From an uncultured Gemmatimonadales bacterium (lineage in GTDB: Bacteria; Gemmatimonadota; Gemmatimonadetes; Gemmatimonadales; GWC2-71-9): a stretch of 64,000 bases of DNA. Position 1 is the first letter of the stretch; each line of letters opens with the position of its first letter. The notes beneath the pieces were generated by a model that made no database searches, was not told where the DNA came from, and saw nothing but the letters and a program-made list of their open reading frames with translations. Made by a program: the position numbers and the translations under genes. This document shows positions 46,169 through 56,787 of the stretch, one piece after another. The stretch covers positions 1,568,001 through 1,632,000 of the forward strand of contig CAWHFW010000005.1 in assembly GCA_963828735.1 (NCBI GenBank), written 5' to 3'.

Positions 46169-48771
46169 CGCCGGTCCTCCGCACGCCGCTTGAAATCCGC
46201 CAGGCGGTTGAGCGCCTCCAACGGCGTGAGCGCATTGACGTCGATCCGCCGCAGCTCCTCGACCATCGGGTCCGGCGGCGGCGCTTCGACGAACAAGGCG
46301 AGCTGCCCCGGATCGCGCGGCGCCTCGGGCGCGCCGGGCACCATCCGGTGCTCGCCCTCGAGCGTGCCGAGAATCTCCCGTGCGCGCCGCACGACCCCGT
46401 CCGGCAGCCCGGCGAGCTGGGCGACGTGGATGCCGTAGGACCGATCGGTCCCGCCCGGCTCGAGGCGGTGCAGGAACATCACGGTGTCGCCGGTCTCGCG
46501 CACGGCGACATTGTAGTTCCGCGCGTGCTGCAGACGCTCGGGCAGCTGCATGAGCTCGTGATAGTGGGTGGCGAACATCGTCTTGCAGCCGACCCGGTCG
46601 TGCAGGTGCTCGGTCACCGCCCAGGCGATGGCCACGCCATCGTAGGTGGAGGTGCCGCGGCCGATCTCGTCGAGCAGGACCAGGCTCCGCGGACCAGCGT
46701 TGTGAAGGATCGCGCTGGTCTCGCTCATCTCCACCATGAAGGTGGATTGCCCGCGCGCGAGGTTGTCGCTCGCGCCGACGCGAGTGAACAAGCGATCCAC
46801 CGCGCCCACCGATGCCTCCGCCGCCGGGACGAACGAGCCCATCTGTGCGAGCACGACGCAGAGGCCGATCTGTCGCAGGATGGTCGACTTGCCGGCCATG
46901 TTGGGGCCGGTGACGAGCGCCACCCGCTCGGACTCGGTGAAGTGCGCGTCGTTCGGGATGAACGCCTCGCGCGCCATGAGCCGCTCGATGACCGGGTGGC
47001 GGCTCTCCCGCAGGACGAGGTCGTACCCATCGTGGACGGTGGGCCGGACGTAGCGTCCGGTCACGGCCCGCTCCGCGAGCGCCGTCCAGACGTCGAGTCG
47101 CGCAAGCACCCGGGCGCTTCGCTGCACCCGTGCGATGGCCCGGGCCACCGACGCGCGGAGCGCGCCGAACAGCTCCGCTTCGCGCGCCCCCATCCGCTCC
47201 TCGGCGCCGAGGACCCGCGACTCGTACTCCTTGAGCTCCGGCGTCACGTAGCGCTCGGCGGAGGCCAGGGTCTGCCGCCGCTCGTAGTCGGCGGGGACCT
47301 TGGCCGCGTGCGCGTTGGTGATCTCCAGGTAGTAGCCGAACACCTTGTTGAAGCCGACCTTGAGCGAGGGAATGCCGGTGCGCTCGCGCTCGCGCTGCTG
47401 GAGCGAGGCGATGTACTGCCGGCCGCCGTCGCGGAGCGAGCGCAGGTCGTCGAGCTCGCGGTCGAAGCCAGCGCGGATCACGCCACCATCGCCGAGGGCG
47501 GCCGGCGGACGATCCTCGAGGCCGCGCCCGAGCTCGGAGGCGAGATCGGCGAGCAGATCGAGCTCGTCCACCGCATCGGCTAAGGCGGCCGACGGACCGC
47601 TGTCTGCCAACGGCGACGCGGCGAGCGCGCTGAGCCCTTCTGCCACGTCGGGCAGGCGAAGAAAGGAGTCGCGCAGCGCGCCGAGCTCGCGGGGAGTGGC
47701 CCGCCCGGCCGCGGCGCGACCCGCCAGCCGCTCGACGTCCCGCACGCCATCGAGCGCCTCTCGCAGACGGCCGCGTCCCCGACCGTCGCGCACCGCCACC
47801 TCCACGGCGTCGAGTCGGTACGCGATAGCGGCCGGGTCGCGGAGCGGCGACAGCAGCCACTGCCTGAGGAGCCGGCCGCCCATGGGCGTCACCGTCGCGT
47901 CCATCGTCTCCAGCAGGGTGCAACCGCGCGCGCCGGCGCGCAGCGGCTCGATCAGCTCGAGATTGCGGCGGGTCATCTCGTCGAGCCAGAGAAAGGCCTC
48001 GCTCCGGCGGATGAAGGGGCGGCCCAGGTGGGGCAGGCCGGCGGGCTGGAGCTCGATCAGATAGCGGAGCAGGGCTCCCGCCGCGCCAACCGCCGGCGCG
48101 TCGTTAGGTCCCACGCCGAGTCCGTCGAGCGTCGCGAGCGCGAACCGGCGGGCGAGCTCTTCGCGTGCGAGATCCGGATCGAACTCCCAGCGCTCGCGGG
48201 TGGTCCGGAGGACGCCGTCCTCGAGGACGAGCGTGCTGTCGGAGGGAACGACGACTTCCGCCGGTCCCAGACGGCCGAGCGCCTCGGCCACCCCCGCCGC
48301 GTCGAGGGTCTCGAGCACGAATTCGCCGGTGCTGAGATCGATCGCCGCCAGCCCCGCGCGCCCCGTCTCGCCGCCGATCGCGACCAGGAAGTTGTTCCTG
48401 GCGCCGGAGAGCCAGCCCTCCTGAAGCTGCGCGCCCGGCGTGACGGTCTCGACGACCTCGCGACGCACGAGGCCGCGCGCGAGCTTCGGGTCCTCCACCT
48501 GCTCGCACACGGCAACGCGGTACCCGGCGCCGACGAGCTGACGGAGGTAGTCCGCCGCGGCCTTCACCGGCACGCCGGCCAGGGGAACACCATCGCCGCG
48601 CGAGGTGAGCGTGATCTCGAGAACGCGTGCCGCGAGCTCGGCGTCCTCGTGGAACATCTCGTAGAAGTCGCCGACCCGATAGAAGAGGATGGTTGCGGGA
48701 TGCTGCGCCTTCACCTCCCGCCAGTGCTTGAGCATGGGCGGGGTAGGCGCGTCAGCGGACTCGCGGCTCAC
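46165..48771 (-). CDS. mutS: DNA mismatch repair protein MutS
   Basis: GDFYEMF, TGPNMAGKS, STFMVEM, DEIGRGTST, FATHYHEL, SYGIHVA. Confidence 0.97.
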   Translation of the reverse strand: MSRESADAPTPPMLKHWREVKAQHPATILFYRVGDFYEMFHEDAELAARVLEITLTSRGDGVPLAGVPVKAAADYLRQLVGAGYRVAVCEQVEDPKLARGLVRREVVETVTPGAQLQEGWLSGARNNFLVAIGGETGRAGLAAIDLSTGEFVLETLDAAGVAEALGRLGPAEVVVPSDSTLVLEDGVLRTTRERWEFDPDLAREELARRFALATLDGLGVGPNDAPAVGAAGALLRYLIELQPAGLPHLGRPFIRRSEAFLWLDEMTRRNLELIEPLRAGARGCTLLETMDATVTPMGGRLLRQWLLSPLRDPAAIAYRLDAVEVAVRDGRGRGRLREALDGVRDVERLAGRAAAGRATPRELGALRDSFLRLPDVAEGLSALAASPLADSGPSAALADAVDELDLLADLASELGRGLEDRPPAALGDGGVIRAGFDRELDDLRSLRDGGRQYIASLQQRERERTGIPSLKVGFNKVFGYYLEITNAHAAKVPADYERRQTLASAERYVTPELKEYESRVLGAEERMGAREAELFGALRASVARAIARVQRSARVLARLDVWTALAERAVTGRYVRPTVHDGYDLVLRESRHPVIERLMAREAFIPNDAHFTESERVALVTGPNMAGKSTILRQIGLCVVLAQMGSFVPAAEASVGAVDRLFTRVGASDNLARGQSTFMVEMSETSAILHNAGPRSLVLLDEIGRGTSTYDGVAIAWAVTEHLHDRVGCKTMFATHYHELMQLPERLQHARNYNVAVRETGDTVMFLHRLEPGGTDRSYGIHVAQLAGLPDGVVRRAREILGTLEGEHRMVPGAPEAPRDPGQLALFVEAPPPDPMVEELRRIDVNALTPLEALNRLADFKRRAEDRR

Positions 48772-48918
48772 GGGGGCCACGGTAGGGTTCGGGAAGGCAG
48801 GTGGGGCATACGCTCGGGAATATAACGTCGGGCGCGCTCCCGATATCCGTGGCGCGCGGGGCTTCCGTCGCGGGGCGTCGCCAGGGCAAGTTCTCTGGTC
48901 CTCACCCGCGAGCGTTCC

Positions 48919-49335
48919 GTGTCCCAGCCGTTCCACTTCGCGTTCTTCGTCCGCGATCTCGCTTCCACACGCCGGTTCTACGCCGAGATCCTCGGTTGCC
49001 GCGAGGGTCGGAGCACCGACACCTGGGTGGACTTCGACTTCTTCGGCAATCAGATCTCCGTCCACACGACGGGCCCCGTGACCCCCACGCAGAAGACCGG
49101 GCAGGTCGAGGACCTCCTCGTTCCCATGCCCCATTTCGGCGCACTGCTCGGCTGGGACCAGTTCCAGGCGCTGGCCGCCCGGATCCGCGGCGCGGGAATC
49201 ACCTTCATCCTCGAGCCGCGCATCCGATATGCCGGCGAGCCGGGCGAACAGGTCACGATGTTCCTGCTCGATCCGAGCGGAAACGCGCTCGAGTTCAAGA
49301 GCTTCAGACACCCCGAGCACGTCTTTACCGCATGA
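48919..49335 (+). CDS. Glyoxalase/VOC family protein
   Basis: PFHFAF, LGCREGRS, WVDFDFFGNQ, PHFG, DPSGNALEFKSF. Confidence 0.88.
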   Translation: MSQPFHFAFFVRDLASTRRFYAEILGCREGRSTDTWVDFDFFGNQISVHTTGPVTPTQKTGQVEDLLVPMPHFGALLGWDQFQALAARIRGAGITFILEPRIRYAGEPGEQVTMFLLDPSGNALEFKSFRHPEHVFTA

Positions 49336-50495
49336 AGCCGGCGGCCGTGGCCGTGATCGGTGGCGGCGTGATGGGTGCGAGCGCGGGGTATCACCTCGCG
49401 GCTCGTGGACGCCGGGACATCGTCATCCTCGATCGCGCCGACGGGCCGGGCGCCGGGAGCACGGGCCGGGCTACCGGCGGGTATCGCGCGCAGTATGGGA
49501 CGCCCATCAACGTCCGGTTGTCGCTCCTCGCCCGTGACAAGCTGCTTCGATTCGAGGAAGAGACCGGGGTGGACCCGGGCTACCTCCAGGCGGGCTATCT
49601 CTGGCTCGCGGTGAACCAAGCGGAGCTGGCGGCGCTCGACGCCGGCCGTCGGGTCCAGCACGCGGAGGGCCTGCTCGAGGCGGCGTCGGTCACACCCGGG
49701 GAGGTCGCGCGGCTCAACCCGGCGATCCGACTCGAGGGAATCGTCGGCGGTGCGTACTGTCCGACCGACGGATTCATTCGGCCGCTCCGGATCCTCGAAG
49801 GCTACCTCGCGTCGGCCGCCCGACTCGGCGCGCGGATCGAGTGGGGCGTCGAGGTGACGGGATTGCGGCGCGCCGACGACGGTCGGATCACCGAAGTCGG
49901 CACGTCGCGCGGGCCGATCGCGGTCGAGGCGGTCGTGAATGCGGCGGGCCCGTGGGCCGCGGCGGTGGGCGAGATGGCGGCCATCGCGCTTCCGGTGACG
50001 CCGCTCCGCCGCCAGATCGCGGCCACCGCGCCCTGCGATCTCCTGCCTGCCGACATGCCGATGACCATCTGGGCCGGCGACGGATTTCATCTCCGGGTGC
50101 GGGATGGACGGGTGCTCCTGCTCTGGCCCACGCCCGGCGCGCCGGGCCGTCCGTTCGACGCGTCGGTGGATCCAGCGTGGATCGATGCCGTGACCGCCAT
50201 GGCGCACGCCCGCGTGCCCGTGCTCCGCGAGGCCGTGGTCGATCGCGCCTCGTGCTGGGCCGGTCTGTACGAGATGTCGCCGGACAAGCACGCGATTCTC
50301 GGCGCAGCGCCCGAGTGCTCGAACCTTTACTTCATCAACGGCGCTTCCGGGCACGGGGTCATGCACGCCCCGGCGCTCGGCCATCTTCTGGCTGAGATCA
50401 TATGCGACGGCCGCGCAACGACGCTGGATGTCCGCTGCCTCGACCCCGGGCGGTTCGCGCGCGGGCAGCTGAATGTGGCGGGAGAGGTGCTTTAG
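49332..50495 (+). CDS. FAD-dependent amine/amino-acid oxidase (DAO/SoxB-like)
   Basis: VIGGGVMG, VVNAAGPW, WAGLYEMSPD, GHGVMHAPA. Confidence 0.9.
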   Translation: MKPAAVAVIGGGVMGASAGYHLAARGRRDIVILDRADGPGAGSTGRATGGYRAQYGTPINVRLSLLARDKLLRFEEETGVDPGYLQAGYLWLAVNQAELAALDAGRRVQHAEGLLEAASVTPGEVARLNPAIRLEGIVGGAYCPTDGFIRPLRILEGYLASAARLGARIEWGVEVTGLRRADDGRITEVGTSRGPIAVEAVVNAAGPWAAAVGEMAAIALPVTPLRRQIAATAPCDLLPADMPMTIWAGDGFHLRVRDGRVLLLWPTPGAPGRPFDASVDPAWIDAVTAMAHARVPVLREAVVDRASCWAGLYEMSPDKHAILGAAPECSNLYFINGASGHGVMHAPALGHLLAEIICDGRATTLDVRCLDPGRFARGQLNVAGEVL

Positions 50496-50539
50496 GGGAC
50501 GGTCGGGGTCGGGCGAGCGGGAGGGAGGCCCGCAAACGA

Positions 50540-50570
50540 AAGGGGGCATGCGTGTCGCATGCCCCCTTCG
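50540..50570. terminator. Hairpin family copy 4 between convergent genes
   Basis: AAGGGGGCATGCG-TGT-CGCATGCCCCCTT, 13-bp perfect stem. Confidence 0.8.
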
Positions 50571-50589
50571 CTCAGCTAGTGATCGAGCT

Positions 50590-51603
50590 CTACTGTCCCG
50601 AATCGCGCACCATCTCGGCGGAAGGCGTAGTCGTCGAGTCCGTCTGCGTGGAATCCGCGGTCACGGTGCGTTCCCGCCACTGCGCGATCTCCGCCTGAAA
50701 TTCCCGCGACAGCGCGGCGATGTCCACCGTCGTGCTGTCCGACTCGGCGCCGTGGGCGTTGACCCGCTCGAGTCCGATCGCGGCCTTGGCGTAGGTGCTG
50801 TCGGCCGTGAGCGCCGCCTGGTACGCGTCACGGGCGGAGACGAAGTGCCCCGCGCGCTCGAGCGCCGTCGCGAAGTTGTTCTGGAACACGGGCACGTTGC
50901 CCCGCAGCTCCACCGCGCGCGCCAACGGAAGCAACGCCGCGTCGCTCCGGCCCTGCTGGATGTAGACGTAGCCGAGATTGTTCATCGCCCACACGTCGCG
51001 GTCGTCGATCGCGAGGGCGCGCTGGTAGGCGTCGATCGCCTCGTCGATCTGGCCGAGCTCGTAATGCGCCCGCCCCTCCAGCCTGAGGCCCTCGGCCGAG
51101 AGCGGTTCGATCGCGAGCGCGCGCTCCACCCGATCGAGCGCGTCCTGCGGGCGGCTCGTCTCGAGCAGCACCCGGGCGGAGTTCAGGAGGCTCTTCCGGT
51201 GCGCGGGCTCGAGCCGGAGCGCCGCGTCGAACGCCTCGAGCGCCCGGGTATGATCCCCGGTCTTCCACGCCGACAGGCCCAGCATGTAGTGGCCCCACGC
51301 GTTGTCGGGATTGCTCTCGGAGAACGCTTCGAACATGCTGGCCGCCTCTTCGTAGCGGCCACGATGGAACGCCCGCTCCGCGTCGGTGTAGGTCGGCGCC
51401 ACCGAACCGACCACGACCTTGTCGGCTGCGGTCCCCGATTCGGTAGTTGCCGAGGGCGTGGCGCCGGTCGATACGGTCGCGGTCGAGCCACTCGTCGGAG
51501 TGTCGGAGGTCGACGCAGCACTGGTGCGATCGGACTCCCAGCAGGCGGCGAGCAGCGGGATGAGAACGGATGCGATGGCGGTGTGGCGGATGGCGCGGGG
51601 CAT
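50590..51603 (-). CDS. TPR-repeat lipoprotein
   Basis: LAAC lipobox, S/T-rich linker, consecutive TPR units; SD GGAGG. Confidence 0.88.
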   Translation of the reverse strand: MPRAIRHTAIASVLIPLLAACWESDRTSAASTSDTPTSGSTATVSTGATPSATTESGTAADKVVVGSVAPTYTDAERAFHRGRYEEAASMFEAFSESNPDNAWGHYMLGLSAWKTGDHTRALEAFDAALRLEPAHRKSLLNSARVLLETSRPQDALDRVERALAIEPLSAEGLRLEGRAHYELGQIDEAIDAYQRALAIDDRDVWAMNNLGYVYIQQGRSDAALLPLARAVELRGNVPVFQNNFATALERAGHFVSARDAYQAALTADSTYAKAAIGLERVNAHGAESDSTTVDIAALSREFQAEIAQWRERTVTADSTQTDSTTTPSAEMVRDSGQ

Positions 51604-51974
51604 GGCTTCCTCCTGGGTTTGGCGCCGGAGCGCGGTGACCTTCGAGGAGGAGGAAAGGCAAGGCTATGGCCAACGGAATGCGACCAGTGCATCCAGGTCA
51701 AAGTATTGATGGATAATGGCTTGCAAGACTGTACCTGGCCCTGATCGCAACCCGCGTGTCCCGTCGGCCACACGCGATGAGTGTGCTATGTGTCCACTAG
51801 GACACGATCATGCTGCGCCTCATCAGGAAAGGACGATCGATGCTAGACGACCGATACTACCTGAACGGCTACTATCTCTCGGGTCGCTCGTCCCCCAACG
51901 TCGATCGTGGTGTGTTGCACCCTTTGCTGTCCCGGCCACGCGGTGCGAAGTCAAACAATCCGGAGGTGCGATCC

Positions 51975-52388
51975 ATGCGATACATGCCGGCGCGACTGAG
52001 CGTGTTCCTCATCTTGACAGCCTGCGCGGGGTCCAGCTCGTCGTCCGAGGGCGCCGCGCCCGCTCCGGCTGCCGACACCAGCGGTGCTGGAGCCTCGAGC
52101 GGGATGCAAGTGGTGATCGACAATCAGAACATCAACGACGTGAACGTCTATCTGATCGGGAGCAGCGGCGGGCGCGTGCTGGTCGGCAAGGCGCTCTCGG
52201 GCAAGAAGACGACCCTGACGATCCCGGAGTCGGTCACTCCGGCGAGCGCGCGGGTGACCCTGGTCGCAGATCCCGGGGCCGGGAGTCAACCGATCAGCAC
52301 CCCGCCCACCGTCGTGCCCGGTGGCCAGCGTCTGTACTGGAAGATCGGATCCGACCAGTCGATGTCGACGTCGTCGACCGGGGAGTAG
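51975..52388 (+). CDS. Small beta-rich hypothetical lipoprotein
   Basis: SD GGAGG; LTAC lipobox; V.IDNQN..DVNVY. Confidence 0.75.
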   Translation: MRYMPARLSVFLILTACAGSSSSSEGAAPAPAADTSGAGASSGMQVVIDNQNINDVNVYLIGSSGGRVLVGKALSGKKTTLTIPESVTPASARVTLVADPGAGSQPISTPPTVVPGGQRLYWKIGSDQSMSTSSTGE

Positions 52389-52499
52389 GGTCGCGCTCGT
52401 GCGCGGTGGTCCTGCCGCCGCCGCGCACCTGAAAGGTCGAAAACGATGTGGGCGGACGCGTCATGCCGTCCGCCGACGCCTGCCCGGAGCGCAGTCTGC

Positions 52500-53852
52500 C
52501 TACGGCCGCTTGATGTTGTGCCTCCGCATGATCTTGAGGAGGCTCGCATGATCGGAGAGCCCAAGGGCCTCCGCGGTGCGCGTCACGTGCCACTCGTTCC
52601 GCTCCAGCGCGGTGATCACGATCCGCCGCTCCGCCTCGGCCTTGAGCGCAGCGAACGTCCCCCCGCCTTCCAATGAACCCCTTGCCTCACCCCGAATGTC
52701 GGCCGGTACCTGCTCCGGCCCGATCACCTCGCCATCCGTCGCGATGATCATCCGCTCCACCACGTTCCGAAGCTCGCGCACGTTGTTCCGGGCCCAGTCG
52801 TACCCCATCAGCAGATCGAGGGCGTCCGCCGCCAGCCGCTTGCGGCGCATTCCGAACCGCTCGCAGATCGCAGCGGCGAACCGCTCGGCGATCTCGGGCA
52901 CGTCGCTCCGCCGCTCGCGAAGCGGCGGCACTTCGATCTGGTGGACGTTGATCCGGTAGAACAGGTCCTCGCGAAACCGTCCGGACCCGACCTCCGCCGC
53001 CAGGTCCCGGTTGGTGGCCGCGACGACGCGCGCCTCGACCGGCAGCGACCGCGTGCCCCCGACCCGCGTTACCCGCCGCTCCTCCAGCACGCGGAGGAAC
53101 TTGGCCTGGGCGAGAAGGGGGAGCTCGCCGATCTCGTCGAGAAAAAGCGTCCCCCGCTCCGCGGATTCGAAGGCGCCTTTCCGCGTGACACTGGCGCCGG
53201 TGAACGCTCCCCGCTCATGGCCGAACAGCTCGCTCTCGATCAGGTGCTCCGGCAAGGCGGCGCAGTTGATGGCCACGAGCGGCGCGGCGGGATGCGAGCC
53301 GAGTCGATGGAGCTCGCGGGCGACCAGCTCCTTGCCCGTTCCGCTCTCGCCCACCACGAGCACTGTGCTCGGCACCGGCGCGATCCGGGCAATCTGCTCG
53401 CGAAGGCGGAGCATGGCGGCGCTGTCCCCGATCAGGGCGGACTCGCCGTCCATCCGGTGACGAAGGGAACGGACCTCGGCCAGCAACCGGCGGCGCTCGA
53501 CGGCGAGCTCGATCTCCCGCACGACCCGCTCGACCGGTTCGGCCTTGTCGATGAAGCCGTGCGCGCCGAGCCGGACCGCCTGGATGCAGCGGTCGAAATT
53601 CCCCGTGCCGGTGTAGACGATGACCGGCACCTCCGATCCGCGCCGCTCCAGCGCGCGCAGCACCTCGAAGCCATCCATGCCCGGCATCTCCAGATCGAGC
53701 AGGACGCAGTCCACCGGATCGCCCCCCATCCGCTCCAGGGCGTGCCGGCCGTCATGCGCCACCTGGACCTCGTAGTCTCCCAGGCGCTTGAGGTCGTACG
53801 CGTACTGCTCGGCCATCGCCGGCACGTCATCCACAACCAGCACGACGGTCAT
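52500..53852 (-). CDS. Sigma-54-dependent response regulator (NtrC/NtrX-like)
   Basis: Receiver (DD, LLD, K); GESGTGKE, ESELFGHERGAFTGA, FLDEIG, NVRELRN; C-terminal HTH. Confidence 0.95.
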   Translation of the reverse strand: MTVVLVVDDVPAMAEQYAYDLKRLGDYEVQVAHDGRHALERMGGDPVDCVLLDLEMPGMDGFEVLRALERRGSEVPVIVYTGTGNFDRCIQAVRLGAHGFIDKAEPVERVVREIELAVERRRLLAEVRSLRHRMDGESALIGDSAAMLRLREQIARIAPVPSTVLVVGESGTGKELVARELHRLGSHPAAPLVAINCAALPEHLIESELFGHERGAFTGASVTRKGAFESAERGTLFLDEIGELPLLAQAKFLRVLEERRVTRVGGTRSLPVEARVVAATNRDLAAEVGSGRFREDLFYRINVHQIEVPPLRERRSDVPEIAERFAAAICERFGMRRKRLAADALDLLMGYDWARNNVRELRNVVERMIIATDGEVIGPEQVPADIRGEARGSLEGGGTFAALKAEAERRIVITALERNEWHVTRTAEALGLSDHASLLKIMRRHNIKRP

Positions 53853-55564
53853 GCTCCCCTCCCATCGCCATCGATCCGCCCCGGATTCACCGGCAGCTCG
53901 AGGACAGCGCGCGTCCCGGCGCCGGGCTCGGTCTCGATCCTGAGCGAGGCGCCGAGGTCGGCGGCCAGCCGGCGAACGATCGATAACCCCAGGCCCGTCC
54001 CGCCGGTTTTGGTGGTGTGGAAGTCGTCGAACGCGCGCTCGAGATCCGCACCAGTCATGCCCGGCCCATTGTCGCTCACCGAGAGCCTGACCACCGGCCC
54101 CTCCGCCGGACCTGCGGATTCGGTGGCCACGGTGACGACGCCGTCGTCCCGGGCGGCCAGGCTGTCCAGCGCATTGCTCACGAGATTCTCGAGGATGCGG
54201 CGCAGGGCGAGCGGGTCGGCCGGCACGCGAGGGATCGCCGGGCCGGTAGCGGCCCGCAACGTCACGCCGCCAGGGCTGGTGCCGCGCACGACCTCGTCGA
54301 CCACGGCGTTCACGTCGCACGGCTCGCGCTGCATGGCTGGAGACAGCTTGGCGTAATTGCGCGCCAACGTATCCAGGTATTCGAGGCTCGACTCCAGCGT
54401 TCCGCGCCGCTCCTTGAACACCGCCGGCAGCGACCCGGGTGACTCGTGAGCCACCTGCGACAGGTGCCGCAGCACGTTCCGAATGGGGACCAGGCCGTTC
54501 TTCACGTCGTGATTCACCTGTCGCGCCAGGTCGCCCGTGGCGGCGCGGCGTTCGACCTCTCGGAGCCGCACGGCGCCGAGCCGGAGCCGTTCGGTCATCG
54601 CCGCGAGCACGCCGGTGAGGGTGCCGATCTCGTCGGTCCGGTCCGTCGCGAACATCTGGTCGAGGCGATCGAAGTCGATCGCCGCAGTCTGCTCGGCCAA
54701 CGCCGTGAGCGGACGGCTGATCCGCGCGGCGAGCCAGGCGGCGGCTAGCAGCGCCAGCGGCACCGCCGCCGCCAGCGCGGCGAAAAACCAGCGATCGAGG
54801 CTGTGCCGCAGCGCGATCAGCGTCGAGGCTGACTGGGTGACCCGGAGGCGGGCGGTCCCGGCCACCGTGGCTCCCGCGGCGGAGGCGAGATCGAGGAACG
54901 GCAGTGATAGCTCGGCGACGGTCCGCACGCTGTCGTCGTGAGGCGTCGCCGGCGATGCGGGGTAGGCGATCTCCAGTCGCAGGTCGGGGTCTCGCGCCAG
55001 ATCGGTGCGAAGGCGGGCCTCGAACGCGGCCCCACCGGCCACGGTGAGCGGCTCGCCGGCCACGCGCATCGAATCGAGCCGCGCGAGCACGACGATCGCG
55101 CTGTCCGCCGTGCGGGCCCGAACGAGGACCGGCGCACTGCCGGCCGCCGCCAACGCTCGCGGCAGCGCCGGGTCGACGCGATCGAACTCGTTGCGGAAGT
55201 GCCCGGAGCTCACGATCCGGCCCGCGCTGTCCTGCACCTGGAGCAGGTCGAGTCCCGCGGCCCGCATGGCCGGGCCGGCGAGATCGAGGAGGCCTCGCCG
55301 GGCGCCTGCCCCCGCCTGCACGACCGCGAGCCGAAGGCGATTGTCCCGTTCGAGATCAGCCCGGATCGTCCCCAGTCGAGCGGCAATCCCCTCGCTCTCG
55401 CGACGGAGGTCATCCCGCAGCGCGACAGCCGCGGCATCGGCGCGCCGCGCGTTCTCTTCGGTCAGCCGGCGCGTCATCTCGTGCCGAACGCCATAGGCGA
55501 GCACGCCGAGCGGCACGAGCGCCGCGAGCGTGAGGCCGAGGAACAGGCGCGACCGGAAGGTCAC
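53849..55564 (-). CDS. HAMP sensor histidine kinase (NtrY-like)
   Basis: Two TM helices, HAMP (DEIG), H-box HDVKNGL, NLVSNA, DNGPG, GTGLGL. Confidence 0.9.
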   Translation of the reverse strand: MTFRSRLFLGLTLAALVPLGVLAYGVRHEMTRRLTEENARRADAAAVALRDDLRRESEGIAARLGTIRADLERDNRLRLAVVQAGAGARRGLLDLAGPAMRAAGLDLLQVQDSAGRIVSSGHFRNEFDRVDPALPRALAAAGSAPVLVRARTADSAIVVLARLDSMRVAGEPLTVAGGAAFEARLRTDLARDPDLRLEIAYPASPATPHDDSVRTVAELSLPFLDLASAAGATVAGTARLRVTQSASTLIALRHSLDRWFFAALAAAVPLALLAAAWLAARISRPLTALAEQTAAIDFDRLDQMFATDRTDEIGTLTGVLAAMTERLRLGAVRLREVERRAATGDLARQVNHDVKNGLVPIRNVLRHLSQVAHESPGSLPAVFKERRGTLESSLEYLDTLARNYAKLSPAMQREPCDVNAVVDEVVRGTSPGGVTLRAATGPAIPRVPADPLALRRILENLVSNALDSLAARDDGVVTVATESAGPAEGPVVRLSVSDNGPGMTGADLERAFDDFHTTKTGGTGLGLSIVRRLAADLGASLRIETEPGAGTRAVLELPVNPGRIDGDGRGA

Positions 55565-56778
55565 TCGGTCGCTCCGGCCGTATCGCGCGACTCGGCGACC
55601 CGGACCGCGCCGTCCCACTCGGCCACCAGCGGTGGCGTGCCACGGCGGACGATGGCGTGCCGGCGAGTCTCGATGAGTGGAAGGATCGCGGCTCCCGCGG
55701 GATAGGTCGTCCAATCCGCGCAGGGTCCGGCGGAGCGCGGGCCCCCGGGGACGATGAATGCGCGCGCCTCACCGCGATCGAGGGCCGCCGCCATGCTCTC
55801 GGGCGCCTGCCCCCGCGACGAGAATCGCGCAAGCGCGGCGAGCGCCACGATGCGCTCCGCCAGTTCGCGAGCTGTCGGGTCGGCGAGCGGATAGAGGATC
55901 ACATCCGTCGGAGCCGGCCGCGCGGAGCCCGCGGAGGACCGACAGCGATCTGCTGCGTCGGCGGCCATGGTCGTGTCGACCGGCCGGGCATCCGTCCGTA
56001 CGGCATCGCGTGCGAGCGCGGCTCGAAAGGCCGCCGTGTCCGAGGGGATGGCGGTGCCGAGTGAGGAGGAGCCGCCGAGGATCACCAGGTAGTACGTTCG
56101 GCTCCACGGCAGCGGGATGACGGCGAGTCCTTGCCGGTGCACGGCGTAGTCGAGGAGATCGGGGTCCCCCGTGACGACGACGTCGGCACGACCGTCCACC
56201 GCGTCCCTGAGGTCGCCGGAGGAAGGCTGGGCTTCGCGAAGCATCCCGCTGTCCCCTCGCGCCACCGCGAGGGCGCGATCGGCAAAGACCGCGGGCAGGT
56301 CGGGGTGTGATTCGACGAACCCCACGACGAGGCGCTGGTCGTCGAGCGGGGAAGCCGACCTCGCACCGGCACCTCGCAGCGTCGCCGAGGCGTCGGGGTC
56401 AGCGGCCCAGGTGGCCGCGAGGGAGCCGGCAGTCCAGCGGGGCGTCGCCGGCGTCGGCGGGCCTGCCGGCGGTGGCAGCTCGAGCGTCCAGAACTTCCCC
56501 GAGGTATCCCGCGACCAGCGGGTCGCGAGCCCCGGCGTCGCGCGTCCCTCGCAATCGAGGCGAACGGGCGCCACTCGCGTCGCGGCCAGGCGTGAGTGCG
56601 CCGCATTCGATGAATCGTCGAACGCCGCGAGGATCGGGCGCAACGGGCCGGCGCTGTCGGTCGTGATCACGCAGGCGCTGGGGTGGGGCGCGGCCACAGG
56701 CGTCGGGGTCGGACGAGGGCCCGACGCACAGGCCGCCGTCAGAAGGCCGAGCGCGAACCGCAGCGCGCGCGGCGACAC
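55561..56778 (-). CDS. Lipoprotein resembling a degenerate family-5 solute-binding protein
   Basis: TAAC lipobox; PGLATRWS..GKFWTLEL; LDDQRLVV. Confidence 0.6.
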   Translation of the reverse strand: MSPRALRFALGLLTAACASGPRPTPTPVAAPHPSACVITTDSAGPLRPILAAFDDSSNAAHSRLAATRVAPVRLDCEGRATPGLATRWSRDTSGKFWTLELPPPAGPPTPATPRWTAGSLAATWAADPDASATLRGAGARSASPLDDQRLVVGFVESHPDLPAVFADRALAVARGDSGMLREAQPSSGDLRDAVDGRADVVVTGDPDLLDYAVHRQGLAVIPLPWSRTYYLVILGGSSSLGTAIPSDTAAFRAALARDAVRTDARPVDTTMAADAADRCRSSAGSARPAPTDVILYPLADPTARELAERIVALAALARFSSRGQAPESMAAALDRGEARAFIVPGGPRSAGPCADWTTYPAGAAILPLIETRRHAIVRRGTPPLVAEWDGAVRVAESRDTAGATE

Positions 56779-56787
56779 GGGGCTCGT

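Noticed and set aside
51799..51814. GG-N10-GC sigma-54-like AGGACACGATCATGCT
   Set aside because: Spacing fits but the match to TGGCAC/TTGC is too weak to call.
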